A stretch of DNA of 59,171 nucleotides from Octopus bimaculoides (GCF_001194135.2 NC_069001.1:38191251-38250421); one strand, 5' to 3'. Shown: positions 13,308 through 28,752, counted from the stretch's first letter. A program made the numbers and translations. The notes: generated by a model from the sequence alone, not told the origin.

Positions 13308-13458
13308 ATACATATATACAGACATATATGTGTGTGTGTATATTTATATATAGATACACACATACACACATACATATATATATATACATACACACACATA
13401 ATATACATACATACATATATATGTGTGTGTGTGTGTGAGTATGTGTGTGTGTATGTAT

Positions 13459-13543
<85 letters not shown>

Positions 13544-14045
13544 GATAGATAGATAGATTAATAGACAGATAGGTTGGTAGACATCTATCTATATCTATGT
13601 ATATATATATTATATGTGTGAGAGTGTGTATGTATGCGGGTGTGTGTGTGCGTGCACGTGTGTGTGTGTGTGAGTGCATGTATATGTATATAGGTCGATA
13701 GATAGATGATGTATGGATAGATGGATAGATAGATAAGATAGACGGACAGAAATAGTCCTCCTGCAAATAGTTCAACAGAATAGCCTGTGACCTGCCCCCA
13801 CACGTAGCCACATGCACACATACGCACATGCATACATAAATCTATGCACACATACATGAACACACCCGCATACATTCACACTCCATCATAAATGCATATC
13901 TATATATCAATATCTATATCTATATATATCTATCACTCTATCTATCTATCTACCCATCTATTTATCTGTATGTATGTATATATCTATGAATGTATACATG
14001 TATGTGCGCGTGTGCGTATGTGTACGCACTCATATAGAAACATAT

Positions 14046-14127
<82 letters not shown>

Positions 14128-14627
14128 CACCCAATTCCTATAATCCAGCCCATACGCCGCTGCACCACCAGTCTACCATAAAGAACACCAGCAACAACAA
14201 CACCAACCACAATAACAACAGCATCTCCCATTAATCCATAGCAGATAAAGCGTTCACACCATTGTTACTGCGGAGCTCATCCTTTGTTCGATTTCCAGCA
14301 GAAAGGCCGACCGCTGAGCCAAAGTTATGCAGTTAGGCGCAGTAAAAAGTGCATGTCTGCATACATGTGTGTTATTAGCGGAACCTGCATCGCAGTCACG
14401 TGACTGCTGCAAAGATATCCATCATTTACAGAGTATTATTGGGTGTCAGATCAATGTCGGGGGTTATTGTTCTTGGTGGTGCGCCTGTTGCCTTTGTTGT
14501 TGTTGTTGTTATTTATATGATGATGATGACGACGATGATGATGATTAAAATTACATTTGTAGTAGTAGTACTGGTAGTGACGATAGTAGTAGTAGTAGTA
14601 GTAGTAATAGTAGTAGTAGTAGTAGTA

Positions 14628-14828
14628 GCTTCAAATTTTAGCCCAAGGCATGAAATATTGACAGCAGGGTCGATGGTATCGACTCTGATACCCTTAACTG
14701 GGGCATTAATTTGTTGACCCCAAAGAGACGAAAGGCAAAGCTGACGACGGTGGAATTGGAACTCAGAGCAGAGAGATTCAGAAGAAATGCCACTAAGCAT
14801 TTTTTGCGACGCACTTAAGGTTCTACTA
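14628..14828 (-). mobile_element. SINE family A
   Basis: GAAAGGCAAAG...GGAATTGGAACTCAGA match, with a (GTA)n tail on the left. Confidence 0.75.
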
Positions 14829-16377
14829 GCGACGAATCAAGAAATCTTGGCAGGCTTAGTTGATTACATCGACCCAGTATTTTGTTTTTCAACAACAACA
14901 ACGATAATATTTTTATTTACCTCTGGATGTGAAGAATTTTAATTAATTGAACAATCTACAAAAACGGTGGGGGTAGGGTGAGGGGTTAACAGAGATTTGA
15001 TTGTAAAAAATGCAAAGTAAGCAATAAATTTCATAAACAATAAAATGAAACGGTTCAATATATGGTAGTTTGGTGCCATGTGTTGTCTGAGAGTGAGTGA
15101 GGGGAGGGGCGGGGAGAGTGACACAGTTCTGGGCGTCAAGTTGTATAGTCTAAAAACCTGCTCTGGAAAAGTCTTAATCCAAGAACAAGATGGAAAACCT
15201 GACATGGAATTGCACATCCAACTGCAAAAAATGAGGGAAGGTTGGAGAGGCGTGGTGCCACACATGTGGCAGCACCAACCATCTGACGGTCTTCCACCCA
15301 CGTTAAAAGCTAAGACAACATGGACCCGCACTGCGGCCAAAACAACAAGAACAACAGTGACAACAAAAGTTATTACTATTATCATTATTATTATTATTAT
15401 AATCATCTTTACAGCAAACATCATTATGAAGAACAACAACAAATAAGCAAGCGAAATAACGAGTAATTACATACACACACACACACACATTTATGTATGC
15501 ATATGTATATATAAATGTGTGTATAGTGAAAGAGAGAGCGGGTTGGAAGGTGTGTGAGGAAGAGAGAAAGGCTAATTCCCACTGGATTCCAATAAATCGT
15601 GCACCCCTACCGCGACCCTCACCACCGAATCTCATCAAAATTGCAGACAACCACCTCATATACCACTGCAACTGCATCTCATATTTTGACAGGGGGCACT
15701 TTTGTTTTATAGCGTATATTAGTCTTTAGTCTACACACACACACACATACGTATAAATATGTAGATATAGATATATATGTATACACTCCCACAGACACAC
15801 ACACACACACATATATATATACATATAGATATGTATATATACATATATATATATATGCGTATACACGCACACACACACGCATATACATATATATATATAT
15901 ATATATATGTTTACACACACACACACACACACGTATTTATATTCTCCCTTCAACTACTCTGACGTAAAAGACACATCAATCAGATTTGGAATGTTTTTGG
16001 ATATTTCATAAAAATAGATTTCCAGCATNNNNNNNNNNNNNNNNNNNNNNNNNNNNNNNNNNNNNNNNNNNNNNNNNNNNNNNNNNNNNNNNNNNNNNNN
16101 NNNNNNNNNNNNNNNNNNNNNNNNNNNNNNNNNNNNNNNNNNNNNNNNNNNNNNNNNNNNNNNNNNNNNNNNNNNNNNNNNNNNNNNNNNNNNNNNNNNN
16201 NNNNNNNNNNNNNNNNNNNNNNNNNNNNNNNNNNNNNNNNNNNNNNNNNNNNNNNNNNNNNNNNNNNNNNNNNNNNNNNNNNNNNNNNNNNNNNNNNNNN
16301 NNNNNNNNNNNNNNNNNNNNNNNNNNNNNNNNNNNNNNNNNNNNNNNNNNNNNNNNNNNNNNNNNNNNNNNNNNNNN

Positions 16378-16424
<47 letters not shown>

Positions 16425-16534
16425 CATACATACATACATACATACATACATAGTGGTGGTGGTGCAACGTGATATCTTATGAAATTAGTCGGACATGTGA
16501 TGTGGTATAACATTGATTTCAAGTTTTGGCTAAA

Positions 16535-16745
16535 GACCAACAATTTCGGAGAATGCGGGGTGGGGGAAGTCGATTACGTCGACCCCTTCTCCCCTCCCAC
16601 CAGTGCTCAACTGGTACTTATCTTATCGACCCCGAAAAGATGAAAGACGATGTCGATCTCGTCGGCACTTGAATTCGGAATGCAAACTCGGAAGAAATGC
16701 CGCTAAGCATTTTGTCCGACGCGATAACGATGCTGCCAGTTTGCG
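16535..16745 (-). mobile_element. SINE family A
   Basis: CTGGTACTTATCTTATCGACCCCGAAAAGATGAAAG...TAACGATGCTGCCAG. Confidence 0.8.
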
Positions 16746-16992
16746 GGTTTGGTGTGGTGTAATATCATTGTGGTGCAGCATTGGACAGTTTAGGGCTAAG
16801 ATGAATGCTGTTGCACCATACTGTGTATTTCACTTTTGAGAGCGTCGAAGCTGTTGTTATTGTCCAGTCCGCGGTCTGCTCTTATCCAGCAGATACGCTA
16901 TCAAATACTTTCCTGCTATATATATATGTATGTATGTATATATATGTTTATGTGTGTGTCTTTGTGTTCGTGTTTTCCCCCACCCCACCCCC

Positions 16993-17165
16993 ACCATCGC
17001 TTGACAACCGATGTTGCTGTGTTTATGTCCCCGTAACATAGCGGTTCGGCTAAAGAGACCGACAGAATAAATACCAGGCTTACAAAGATTAAATCCTGGG
17101 GGTCGATTTCTTCGACTAAAAGGCGGTGCTCCAGCATGGCCCCAGTCAAACGACTGAAACAAATA
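16993..17165 (+). mobile_element. SINE family B tail
   Basis: CCATCGCTTGACAACCG...CCCCGTAAC...CCAGCATGGCC...CTGAAAC; matches 45190-45385. Confidence 0.8.
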
Positions 17166-18055
17166 AAACAATACATACATATAAACATATATATAAAAAG
17201 TATCAATTTGATCCCTTTCACAGCCATTCCTTACCCCGTGGAATTGATCCGCTGTAAAGACATCGAAGTCTAAGTTTGAATCCTTTGAGCACTTCTAAGC
17301 GTCTTCTCTCCTGAGAATCTCTGCATCTCATCTGCTTGACTATATAAATATATAGAATAACCCGATTGACCGAGACTGTCAACTCCAAAACCACGTGATT
17401 GTTTTTCTCCAACCTCTAAATATTCTACAATTGTTTCATGTATTTTTCTCCTTCACATATTTTTGGTAATTCCGGATAAAAAAAATTTCAGGCATGTCCT
17501 GCAATAAAAAAAGTTCTTCCGTCTCGGCTTTTTGTCCCGTGTTCCAAAATGGCTGCCAAGAGTTTTTCTTCATCTATTCTCCACCCCCAACCCCTGTGCT
17601 GACCCGCAATTCTTTGGTCCCATTTAAGCTGAAATATTCTCATTTTTCGCCCTCTCTCCTTATAAATGTCTCACATTTCACCCACTGTTTAATATATTTA
17701 CTGAGTTTCTCAAAGATAGAAAACAATTTCTTGCTTTCTTCATATTTGCAGCTATATCTGTATTAGTTTACCATTATTCATAACTAAATATATCTTTTGT
17801 TCTTCTCTAGATATTTCATAACAATTCTTCGACTTTCAGAAGCACCCGCCACTCTTCCTCGATCTCCTTGTATTTGCAGAAAATATCATTTTTCTCGATC
17901 AAATTTCGACTGGTGGAGTCTGAAGGCAGACATTTTTTTCTAGTTATATATATATATAAATTATTTTGTCTCATCTTTCTAATTCACTTAGCGTCCGGTT
18001 GAAAATATAAAGCTTACAATTGGAACAGTCCGAATATTGCATAAGCATACACACA

Positions 18056-18136
<81 letters not shown>

Positions 18137-18712
18137 TCACTGACATAATCTGACATAATGTTTCGTCTGTTTCTAAATCAATCGAACTGCTTGTATACAG
18201 TACATTGTCATGCGAAACTTTAAATCAAAGTTAAAATTTATTTTATATTTTTGAAATAAAGTCGAAGCACTTCTTCACTAAATGCTATTCTTAATAGCTC
18301 TTCAAAATAAATGCAAAAAAAAATTATAGACACACACATATAAATATATATATATGTATGCACATAAATATGTATATATATGCATATGTGTATAACATAC
18401 GTATACACACACATACACACTCGTACACATACACAACACACACACACGCAGACGCACACGCACACATCTATATATACACAACAACTGTAAATGGGTTACC
18501 CTGCAACGGACTGATGTCCTGTTTAGGGGGAATGGTTGCCTCTCTGTTTAACCAGTAGGACGGCATCGTTCGATTTGGGACGAGCGGAGTGTAACAACAT
18601 CTGATAGTGAAACAGCGATGCACTGGTAATATATAACAGCCGACATAAATATTTGTGGGTTGGCTGGTTGGTTAATTTCACCAGTCAGGCTTTATAACGT
18701 ATACAGAAAGTA

Positions 18713-18759
<47 letters not shown>

Positions 18760-18761
18760 GA

Positions 18762-18800
<39 letters not shown>

Positions 18801-18840
18801 GGAGACAGAGAGACAGACAGAGCTAACATAAGAAGTTCAA

Positions 18841-19056
18841 GTCGAGTTGGCAGAATCGTTAGCACGCCGGGCAAAATGCTTAGCGCCATTTCGTCTGTCT
18901 TAACGTTCGAAACTAGCTGGTACTTATTTTATCGACCCCGGAAAGGATGAAAAGGAAAGACAACCTCGGCGGAATTTGAGCTCAGAACACAAGGACAGAC
19001 AAAATACCGTTAAGCATTTCGCCCGGCGCGCTATCGTTTCTGCCTGCTCGCCGCCT
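18841..19056. mobile_element. Inverted pair of family A SINEs: + head (18841-18908) and - copy (18917-19056)
   Basis: Both heads are recognisable; 52 of 66 positions identical by manual alignment. Confidence 0.85.
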
Positions 19057-19461
19057 GACACTACCAACATTAATATTAACTAATTTCAGAAGTAGCTCCT
19101 CCTTACATTAATATTAAATAGCTACATAAATATTAAGTAGACACATTAATATTAAATACATAGATTAATATTTACTCGTTGCTTTAATGCTAAGTAGCTA
19201 CATAAATATTAAGTAGATAGATTCCTATTAAAATACATACACAGTCACCCTTCCACTACTTTCTCAGATGCAGCACAGAATTTTATCAGTGAACAGGTCG
19301 CGGTCTCAAAGCGACGAAAATATTTNNNNNNNNNNATATAAAACTTCATAACCTGAATAAGAAAAAATTGAGAATATAAACACATTTGAAGTTTTCAGAT
19401 CTCTCTCTTAATGATGATGTCAGTGTTTCCTAAGTCACTTATGACGATGGTGATGGTCGTG

Positions 19462-19499
<38 letters not shown>

Positions 19500-19718
19500 G
19501 TGATGATAATGATGATGATGATGGTGATGCGATAATGGTAGTGGTGGTGGTGGTGGTGGTGGTGATGACATTGTTGAATTTCACAGGTGAATGGCGTAAA
19601 AAACACAACGAATGAATTTATTCAAGTGAATTGAAGAGCTTCAATTTTAGCTGATTGGCTTCGAGGGAAACACACACACACACACACACACTGAGGCGCG
19701 TGCACATGCCGACACACT

Positions 19719-19760
<42 letters not shown>

Positions 19761-19991
19761 GATTTACATATAGGTACATACACACACAGACAAATATACA
19801 CTCTTGTGTACACGCATATATGCATACATACATATGTAAAATAGATAAATACATTCATACGTATACAGATATATTTGTATGTATGTATGTATATGCATGT
19901 GTATATATGTACACGCAGTCATACACACGCACATATATTTTATATGCAACCTAATTTCAGTTAATTCTTTCCACAGATAATACATACATAC

Positions 19992-20041
<50 letters not shown>

Positions 20042-20373
20042 CATACATGTATGTATATGCATACATACATATACATACATAGATGCTTACATATATATAT
20101 ATGCATATACATACGTACATATGTATATATACGACATGTATGTATGTATGTATGTATGTATGTATGTATGTGTATAGAGAACCTAATTATACAGCTTATT
20201 CTCCCCACACATACAGACTGCTAAAAAACACAGATAAACTGGTATAAGAAGATAAATATTAATCCCACTGTATGTGTTGATGGATAGAAGTAGACCACGT
20301 GACATAGACCTAATGTCGCCGCCATAATACCGAAAGAGTATCTATTCAGAAAGAGAGAGGGAGGGAGGGAAAT

Positions 20374-20431
<58 letters not shown>

Positions 20432-21315
20432 NNNNNNNNNNNNNNNNNNNNNNNNNNNNNNNNNNNNNNNNNNNNNNNNNNNNNNNNNNNNNNNNNNNNN
20501 NNNNNNNNNNNNNNNNNNNNNNNNNNNNNNNNNNNNNNNNNNNNNNNNNNNNNNNNNNNNNNNNNNNNNNNNNNNNNNNNNNNNNNNNNNNNNNNNNNNN
20601 NNNNNNNNNNNNNNNNNNNNNNNNNNNNNNNNNNNNNNNNNNNNNNNNNNNNNNNNNNNNNNNNNNNNNNNNNNNNNNNNNNNNNNNNNNNNNNNNNNNN
20701 NNNNNNNNNNNNNNNNNNNNNNNNNNNNNNNNNNNNNNNNNNNNNNNNNNNNNNNNNNNNNNNNNNNNNNNNNNNNNNNNNNNNNNNNNNNNNNNNNNNN
20801 NNNNNNNNNNNNNNNNNNNNNNNNNNNNNNNNNNNNNNNNNNNNNNNNNNNNNNNNNNNNNNNNNNNNNNNNNNNNNNNNNNNNNNNNNNNNNNNNNNNN
20901 NNNNNNNNNNNNNNNNNNNNNNNNNNNNNNNNNNNNNNNNNNNNNNNNNNNNNNNNNNNNNNNNNNNNNNNNNNNNNNNNNNNNNNNNNNNNNNNNNNNN
21001 NNNNNNNNNNNNNNNNNNNNNNNNNNNNNNNNNNNNNNNNNNNNNNNNNNNNNNNNNNNNNNNNNNNNNNNNNNNNNNNNNNNNNNNNNNNNNNNNNNNN
21101 NNNNNNNNNNNNNNNNNNNNNNNNNNNNNNNNNNNNNNNNNNNNNNNNNNNNNNNNNNNNNNNNNNNNNNNNNNNNNNNNNNNNNNNNNNNNNNNNNNNN
21201 NNNNNNNNNNNNNNNNNNNNNNNNNNNNNNNNNNNNNNNNNNNNNNNNNNNNNNNNNNNNNNNNNNNNNNNNNNNNNNNNNNNNNNNNNNNNNNNNNNNN
21301 NNNNNNNNNNNNNNN

Positions 21316-21359
<44 letters not shown>

Positions 21360-22003
21360 AACTGCAAAATGTCCAAGAATTTTGGAATGGAGGTGTGGTA
21401 CGTTTCGCAAACAAGTGAAGTGAATAATGTTTTTTTATTCGCCATCATGCTCATTATATACATGTATGTATATACATATATATGTATATACATATGTATG
21501 TGTGTAATATAAGTACATACACACATACGTACATGCATACATATATGCCATGCACACGCATACATGCATGTATATAAACACCAATACATACATAAGTACA
21601 ATTAACGCTAAAACATGGCGGTTACGAATCATATAGGGATTAAAAAGATGAAATTATGTATGTATGGATGTACATATCTAATTACACACACACACACATA
21701 AATACATACGCATTCACACACACATGTAAGTATGTATGTAAATTTATATGACAAGAACGATAGGCCAGATAAGGACGTTTTATAATGAACATAATAAAAT
21801 TTGACGTATGTACAGAAGAAGAAAAAAAAATTAATGAATTTATAAAAATTTATAAAAAACCACACAAAAATGAAAATAAAATTTAAATTAGTTCAGAAAA
21901 AAACCCAATACGACAAACATTTCGAGTAACTCAATCACACACACGTTAAAATCACAAAGATGATTTCTTATAATAAAAACAATACCAATAATAATAATAA
22001 TTG

Positions 22004-22129
22004 TTTCAAATTTTGCCACAAGGGCAGCAGTTTTGGAGAGGGGGATGAGTCGATTACATCGACCCCAGTCATCCACTGGTACTTAATTTATTGATCCCAC
22101 AAGGATAAAAGGCGATGTCAACCTCGGTG

Positions 22130-22179
<50 letters not shown>

Positions 22180-22352
22180 GCTTCAAATTTCGTGGGGAGG
22201 GAGTAAGTCGATTACACCGATTCTAGAGCTCAACTGGTCCTTACTTTATTAACCCCCGAAGGGGTGAAAGGTAAAATTTTCCTCGGTTGGATTTGAACTC
22301 AGAGTATAAATCCTGCTATTTTGTCCGACCACCTAACGATTCTGCCAGTTTC
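22004..22352 (-). mobile_element. Two tandem family A SINEs (22004-22132, 22178-22352) joined by (AAT)n
   Basis: Both carry GTCGATTACA...CTGG...ACTT...TTATT(G/A)A(T/C)CCC; the second ends in TAACGATTCTGCCAG. Confidence 0.8.
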
Positions 22353-22944
22353 TCAACCCCCTCCCTTTTAATTCGCTGATTTACAACCACTTTAGTATAT
22401 TGGTTTCTATCGATAATTCTACGTTACATCCCATTGATTCTATTTTAATGGTTGTATTCTGAGGGACTCTCACCCCACAGATCGTCGATGATTATCTCCA
22501 TCGAGACCTGCTTAAATACTTCGCTTGATAGAAAGCCTATGCTGTCTCATTATTACTAGAATCACGAGAATCCATTCTGATATATACACACGCACATATA
22601 CACACTCACATTACTCTACACGTAGGTACACATCATCTTTGCAAGCTGTCACCCGTTATCTACCTTGGCTTTATAATATACACATACGTAACGTGCTGAA
22701 AACACCTTTTCGACTGCAAAATCCATTATTTTCCCCTCAACTACCTTTACTCATTTCATCATATGGCTTTCGTTATAAATACTGAATCCACAGATCTTTC
22801 CAATCCCATTTTTTGCTTTCCTTCTCTGCTTCGTCTTTCTTTGACGAAGGCCCACTATCCGAAAAGTTAAGCTCTCTTCTGTCTCTCTCNNNNNNNNNNA
22901 TATATATATATGTATGTATGTATGTATGTGTGTGTGTGTTTGTT

Positions 22945-22976
<32 letters not shown>

Positions 22977-24363
22977 CATAGGTATATATGCATATAGGCA
23001 TATGTATGTATACACATTTACGCTCATACATACACCACGCGCACGCGCACGCATATATATACATACACACACACACACGTATGTTTGCATGATTATTTGT
23101 GTTGAGCTGAGAACAATAATCCACCCTAATCCTTTGCTTAATCAGAATACATGAAGCGCACGTGACATGTAGACTATTCTTCGATGACGATGATGATGCT
23201 GATGATGCTGATAGCGATGATGATGAGGATGATGATGATGGGGTATAAAGACGACGGTGATGGCGATGCTACTGCTGCTGCTGCTGCGGATGACGACGAC
23301 GACGACGACGACAGCGAAGCTGTTGTATATTAGTGGTCCTAACGCTGGAGATGACAACGGTTATTGCAGTCATTGTTGCAGAGGTGGTGGTGGTGGTGGT
23401 GGTGGTGGTGGGAAACCATAGAAGTGGTTGTAATAGTTGCAGTAGCAGTGGTGGTGTTGGTGGTGGTGATGCTAGCAGTGGTGATTCCACGAATATTCGT
23501 GATCATNNNNNNNNNNNNNNNNNNNNNNNNNNNNNNNNNNNNNNNNNNNNNNNNNNNNNNNNNNNNNNNNNNNNNNNNNNNNNNNNNNNNNNNNNNNNNN
23601 NNNNNNNNNNNNNNNNNNNNNNNNNNNNNNNNNNNNNNNNNNNNNNNNNNNNNNNNNNNNNNNNNNNNNNNNNNNNNNNNNNNNNNNNNNNNNNNNNNNN
23701 NNNNNNNNNNNNNNNNNNNNNNNNNNNNNNNNNNNNNNNNNNNNNNNNNNNNNNNNNNNNNNNNNNNNNNNNNNNNNNNNNNNNNNNNNNNNNNNNNNNN
23801 NTTGTTGCAGAGGTGGTGGTGGTGGTGGTGGTGGTGGTATGGATGGCTGTGAAGGCGGTGGTAGTTATGGTAGTGGTGGTGGTGGTGGTGGTAGTTATAG
23901 TTATGAGGAAGATGGTGCTAATGGTGATGCTGGTTGTAGTTGTGATGACATTGGGGTTGGTGGCGGTTGTAGTATTCGTAGTGGTAGTATTGATATACCC
24001 GTGGTAGTGGTGGTGTCGGTGATGGTAGCGCTGTTGTTGTTGCTGGTGGTGGTGGTGGTGGTAAAAGTACTGCTGTTGTTTTTCAGGCATATAAACTATG
24101 GCCGCTACACAAGTTTATTGTAGGAAGCTGCTCTTATACGGTTAAATCGCTAATCCAGTAATCCTTTAATCCATTAATCTATTAAATACTAGTGGGGAAC
24201 ACAGTTTTATCCAAATGATCCTTTCAGCTATTGTATTAAAAGAGAGATATCTATCTACCGAAGTAATGTGTGTGTGTATAGGGGTGGGAGTGGGGGAAGA
24301 TAGTGTCTGTGGGGGTGGGGATGAAGTTAAATATATGGTGTTAGTGAAGCGTAGAGGAGGGTG

Positions 24364-24698
24364 AAGTAGATAGATAGATGTGTGGAAAGATAGAAAGGTA
24401 GATGGATAGACAAACAGACAGACAGGCAGACAGATAGATAGACAAACAGACAGACAAACAAGCAGATAGGCAAACAGATAGATAGATCGACAAACAGACA
24501 GGCAGACAGATAGATCGACAAACAGACAGACAGATAGGCACACAGACAGAGAGATAGACAAATAGACAGAGAGACAGGCAGACAGACAGATAGATATATA
24601 GATAGACAAACAGACAGGACAAGCAAACGGACGGACAGATAGGCAAACAGACAGAGACAGACAAATATGTAGATAGACAAACAGACAGACGGACATGC

Positions 24699-24729
<31 letters not shown>

Positions 24730-24766
24730 TAGATAGATCGACAGACAGACAGATAGGCAGATAGGC

Positions 24767-24841
<75 letters not shown>

Positions 24842-24935
24842 TAGACGAGTTGATAGATGGTTCGTTAAATAGGCGATAGACACAGAGGTAAATAAATAAA
24901 TAGATTAATGGATTGACAGGCAGACAGATAGAGAA
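24364..24935 (+). repeat. Long compound (GATA)n/(GACA)n tetranucleotide array
   Basis: Directly visible; it gives the spurious IYLS/VCLS ORFs. Confidence 0.95.
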
Positions 24936-27900
24936 ATTGGTACATGGATGGATGGATGTATGAATGGATGGATGGACAGTGTAGCATACCAATAAATAAA
25001 TAGGCGAAAGAAGAGATGAAAAGCGGGTAGATTGCTAGGTAGATAGGTTGATTAGCTGATTGACGTTTTGAAAAGTTTGGTGGTAGTTTGGTAGGTAGGT
25101 AGGTAGGTAGGTAGGTAGGTAGGTAGGTAGGTAGGTAAGCAGGTTGCCAGGAAGGTTGGTAGGTTGGTATGAACAGGGTGTGTATGTGTGTGAGTGTGTA
25201 GATGTGGCGGATTAGTTAAGGGAGTGGAGAACAGCAGATGGTGGGGGTAACATGATTATTGAATAATAGTAAATAACGAATTATAATTAAGGTTGTCACG
25301 GATAAATACAAGAGGAAGGGAGAAAGTATGTGAAGATGGTGAGGACAAAACGCCGGTGATAATATTAGAAATTTTCATTCTGAAATATAAATAATAAAGA
25401 TGTTACGACATGTTCCAGAATAGTTAAACTCCTGGAAAATTCCAATGGTACTTGGCAACGGTTAGATGTAAAACTGAAATGAAACGAATTTTCAGAAATA
25501 TAAGATGAGTTATTTTATTACAAGATCTATAGAGAATTGATGTGTTTTTATTTATAAGTATTAATTTTAGTTACATAGATAAATAAAACTGCTATTAAAG
25601 CCCCTAAAAATTATTATATGTTCACGTATATTTTCAGATGGAGATTTTAGTTTCTTAAAAACGATTTAAATAAATTTTAATAGGATATATTGTATCATAC
25701 TTGAGATAGATCTGATGTGACAGAATTGAGAAAATCGTTTGACTATTCAGCATTTCACAGTTAAAATTTCAAAGCTTGTCTACAAAAACCTCACATCTCA
25801 GACCATTAATTCAGACTGTTACTATGTTGAAATAATACATAAAGTTTAATTTAGCATTATTTATTTGCTTCGGGTTAAGCTGCACTAACGATTCCAAATG
25901 AGGAGGAAATAACACTATACATACAACGACTGGAAATTCAAGATCGTTATAATGTGTATGGAAAAGAAATATATTTGTATACCTTGCGCACCTTTTCTGC
26001 TCATTGAGTGGAATTTCCAATCTTTGCTTAACTTAATCTAGAAGGGATTGTCTCCCCTATGATTACTGAGCACCAAGAGTACAACACGTGTATGTTTTAA
26101 AATGTTTTTCATTTAAACAAAGGTTTCAGTTTAGATTCGGACATAAGCTACCGAATACATAAGCTGTTTCTTTTTGTTTAAACAATAAAATATATTTGAA
26201 AAGAATTCTGGAAAATTTTCTTCCATGATTTTTTAATGCATGGATGATGTGCTGATGAAAGCTATCGTCAAAGCAATTCTGAGTCAATAGGATAATGTCC
26301 ATGGGGGAAACGATGCTGGCAGTTTGGACTTTAGATTAAAACTTTTTGCAAGACGCTTACCATCAAGGTAGTAATTATAAGATGCAGTTATAAGTAGAAT
26401 GGACTATGTTATAGTTGTTTGTATTATTGTTATTGGTAAGCTTTCTAGAATTAAAATAGTTGAAAGAGTTCGAAAAAAATAGCTTACCTTAATCGTATTC
26501 CAAATAAAAAGCTTACGTTAGCGATTATTTATGGTAAAATGTAAAGAGATTAAGATTAAGAAGTTTCTTATGACGTGTACGAACGTTTGAACTAAAAACT
26601 GGATTATATCATAAAACATTTCTCGGTCTCTTTTACTTTTCAAAATACTATTTGACGACGTACACCGTCTTTGTAAATCTACTATTTCAAAGTGCTTCGT
26701 TACGTTAAAGGCAGTAAGAAAGATAAACATTAACCAATACTGCATAGTAAATTCGTTGTAAATGGTGATGGTAGTGGCAGTAGTGGTAGGAGGATACTTA
26801 TTTGCATATAATAGCCTTTCATTAGGATTTTAGTTAGAGTAAATCTATTTCTCTCTAAATTTAAAACAGCAGCAAGAATATTAACTGTGTTATTATTAGT
26901 GTAAACTCTGATTGTTAAACTTATTTCTGTATAAAATCTTTTATAAATTAGTTTATCTAGCGACCTTTTATACTGCGCGCAACTATAAGAACGTCATCTC
27001 ACTATGAAAATCCTCTCAAAGTAAAAAATCTTTCATGCAAGAGGTTCAAAATATGAATTCCAAAATTTCGCATACTTCAGCATCATCATTGGATCCCATG
27101 TTGTCATCGAACAAGTCGTTTCCGTAATGGGTTCTCGTGAACCAAGAGGGTTTCTCTTGAATGCATAAATTTCTTAATATCAGATTAAGTAATAAATGTA
27201 ATAATGTCTGCGAACGTCAAGGCTTTCCAGAGAAAGGATTTAATCATGGTAGGTTAGAGGTCAATAATGTGAAATTAAGTGAATTTACAATGACGTTTAC
27301 CCTAACTACCTCAAGAATATCAATTTAATGACGTATCGCTGTTTCATAATGAGAGAACATTTTCATTTATTTAAGAAGCAGCAGCGACTCATCTCCCCGC
27401 CAGTGGTATATAGAAAACAATGCCAGAACAGGCGCTGGTGTCACGATTAACCAGTGGGCTTGTTTAAAAATATAACGACTGAGGCAGTATTAATACTGAG
27501 AGGTAATATTTATCCCCTACTTAAAAGTGGATGTTCTGTTAGAACAAACCATACTGCAGTAGATGCCACGAGAGAAACTCTCTAGCGATAGGGTATCCAT
27601 CATTGAGAAGATCTAGCAAGGTCGGAATGAAGTGATATGGTAGTCAGGGCACTGGAGGTAGCGGGACTTTAACCTCCCGTTAGCGATATAAGTAACAGTG
27701 CATTTTGCACCAAAAGACCAACATAGGGTACACACACGCACACACTCACATGTATAGGTCCATATATATAGACATATCTATCCATGTGCATATATGTTTA
27801 TATGTAAGTATATTATATATATNNNNNNNNNNNNNNNNNNNNNNNNNNNNNNNNNNNNNNNNNNNNNNNNNNNNNNNNNNNNNNNNNNNNNNNNNNNNNN

Positions 27901-28037
27901 ACACACAAACATGTACACTGATCTCCTATACACTCACATACACACAAATACAAGCATGTATACAGTATGAAGATAAGATATTCAAAGAAACACAGACACT
28001 ATATTTATATGTGTATGTGTATAAATATGTATTTGTA

Positions 28038-28079
<42 letters not shown>

Positions 28080-28710
28080 TGTATGTACGTACGTATGTAT
28101 GTATGTATGTATGTATGTATGTATGTATATATGTATGTATGTATGTGTGTGTGTGTATATCGTGCTAGTTTTTTTCTTAAAGCACACCACCCATAGGCAG
28201 ACATACATGAGTACATTCATCCTCACATACACAGGTATACGCATAGACATACACGTGCACACGCATATATATACATATACACATACATATAGCTACACGG
28301 ATTTCTGTAATCATTCCAATATGTCCGAACGTAAGAAAAAAATGCTAAAAGACATTACAGACAGCTTGGAGCCACATTTAGCCGATTTTTTAAACAATCA
28401 CAGAAAGCACGAATACATCCATGCGTCCATATATACATGTCTAAGTACATACATAAATACATGATTCACATACATACATAGGTATTTAGATAGATGCATA
28501 GATATATATGTATATATATGTACGCTTATATATATATATATATATATATACTAATATTTGTATATGTAGTGTACACATATGTGTATACACACACACACAC
28601 ATATATATACACATATGTATACTTGTATATGTAGTAAATATATACCAATATATTTGAGTGCATAGGTCTGTCTACATATACGCACGTTTCTTTAATATGT
28701 GCACGTGTGT

Positions 28711-28752
<42 letters not shown>

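Noticed and set aside
23373-23836. Identical TTGTTGCAGAG(GTG)n on both sides of an N-gap
   Set aside because: Most simply an unmerged contig overlap.
23142-24123. His/Gln/Gly/Val-rich ORFs resembling low-complexity proteins
   Set aside because: Produced by GAT/GGT/GTT repeats and open in several frames on both strands.
26250-26280. CTGATGAAAGCTATCGTCAAAG as a hammerhead
   Set aside because: No GAAA, stem III or cleavage triplet.
27000-27260. Minus-strand ESLDVRR resembling the end of a CR1-type RT
   Set aside because: A single short motif with no supporting neighbours; too weak to call.
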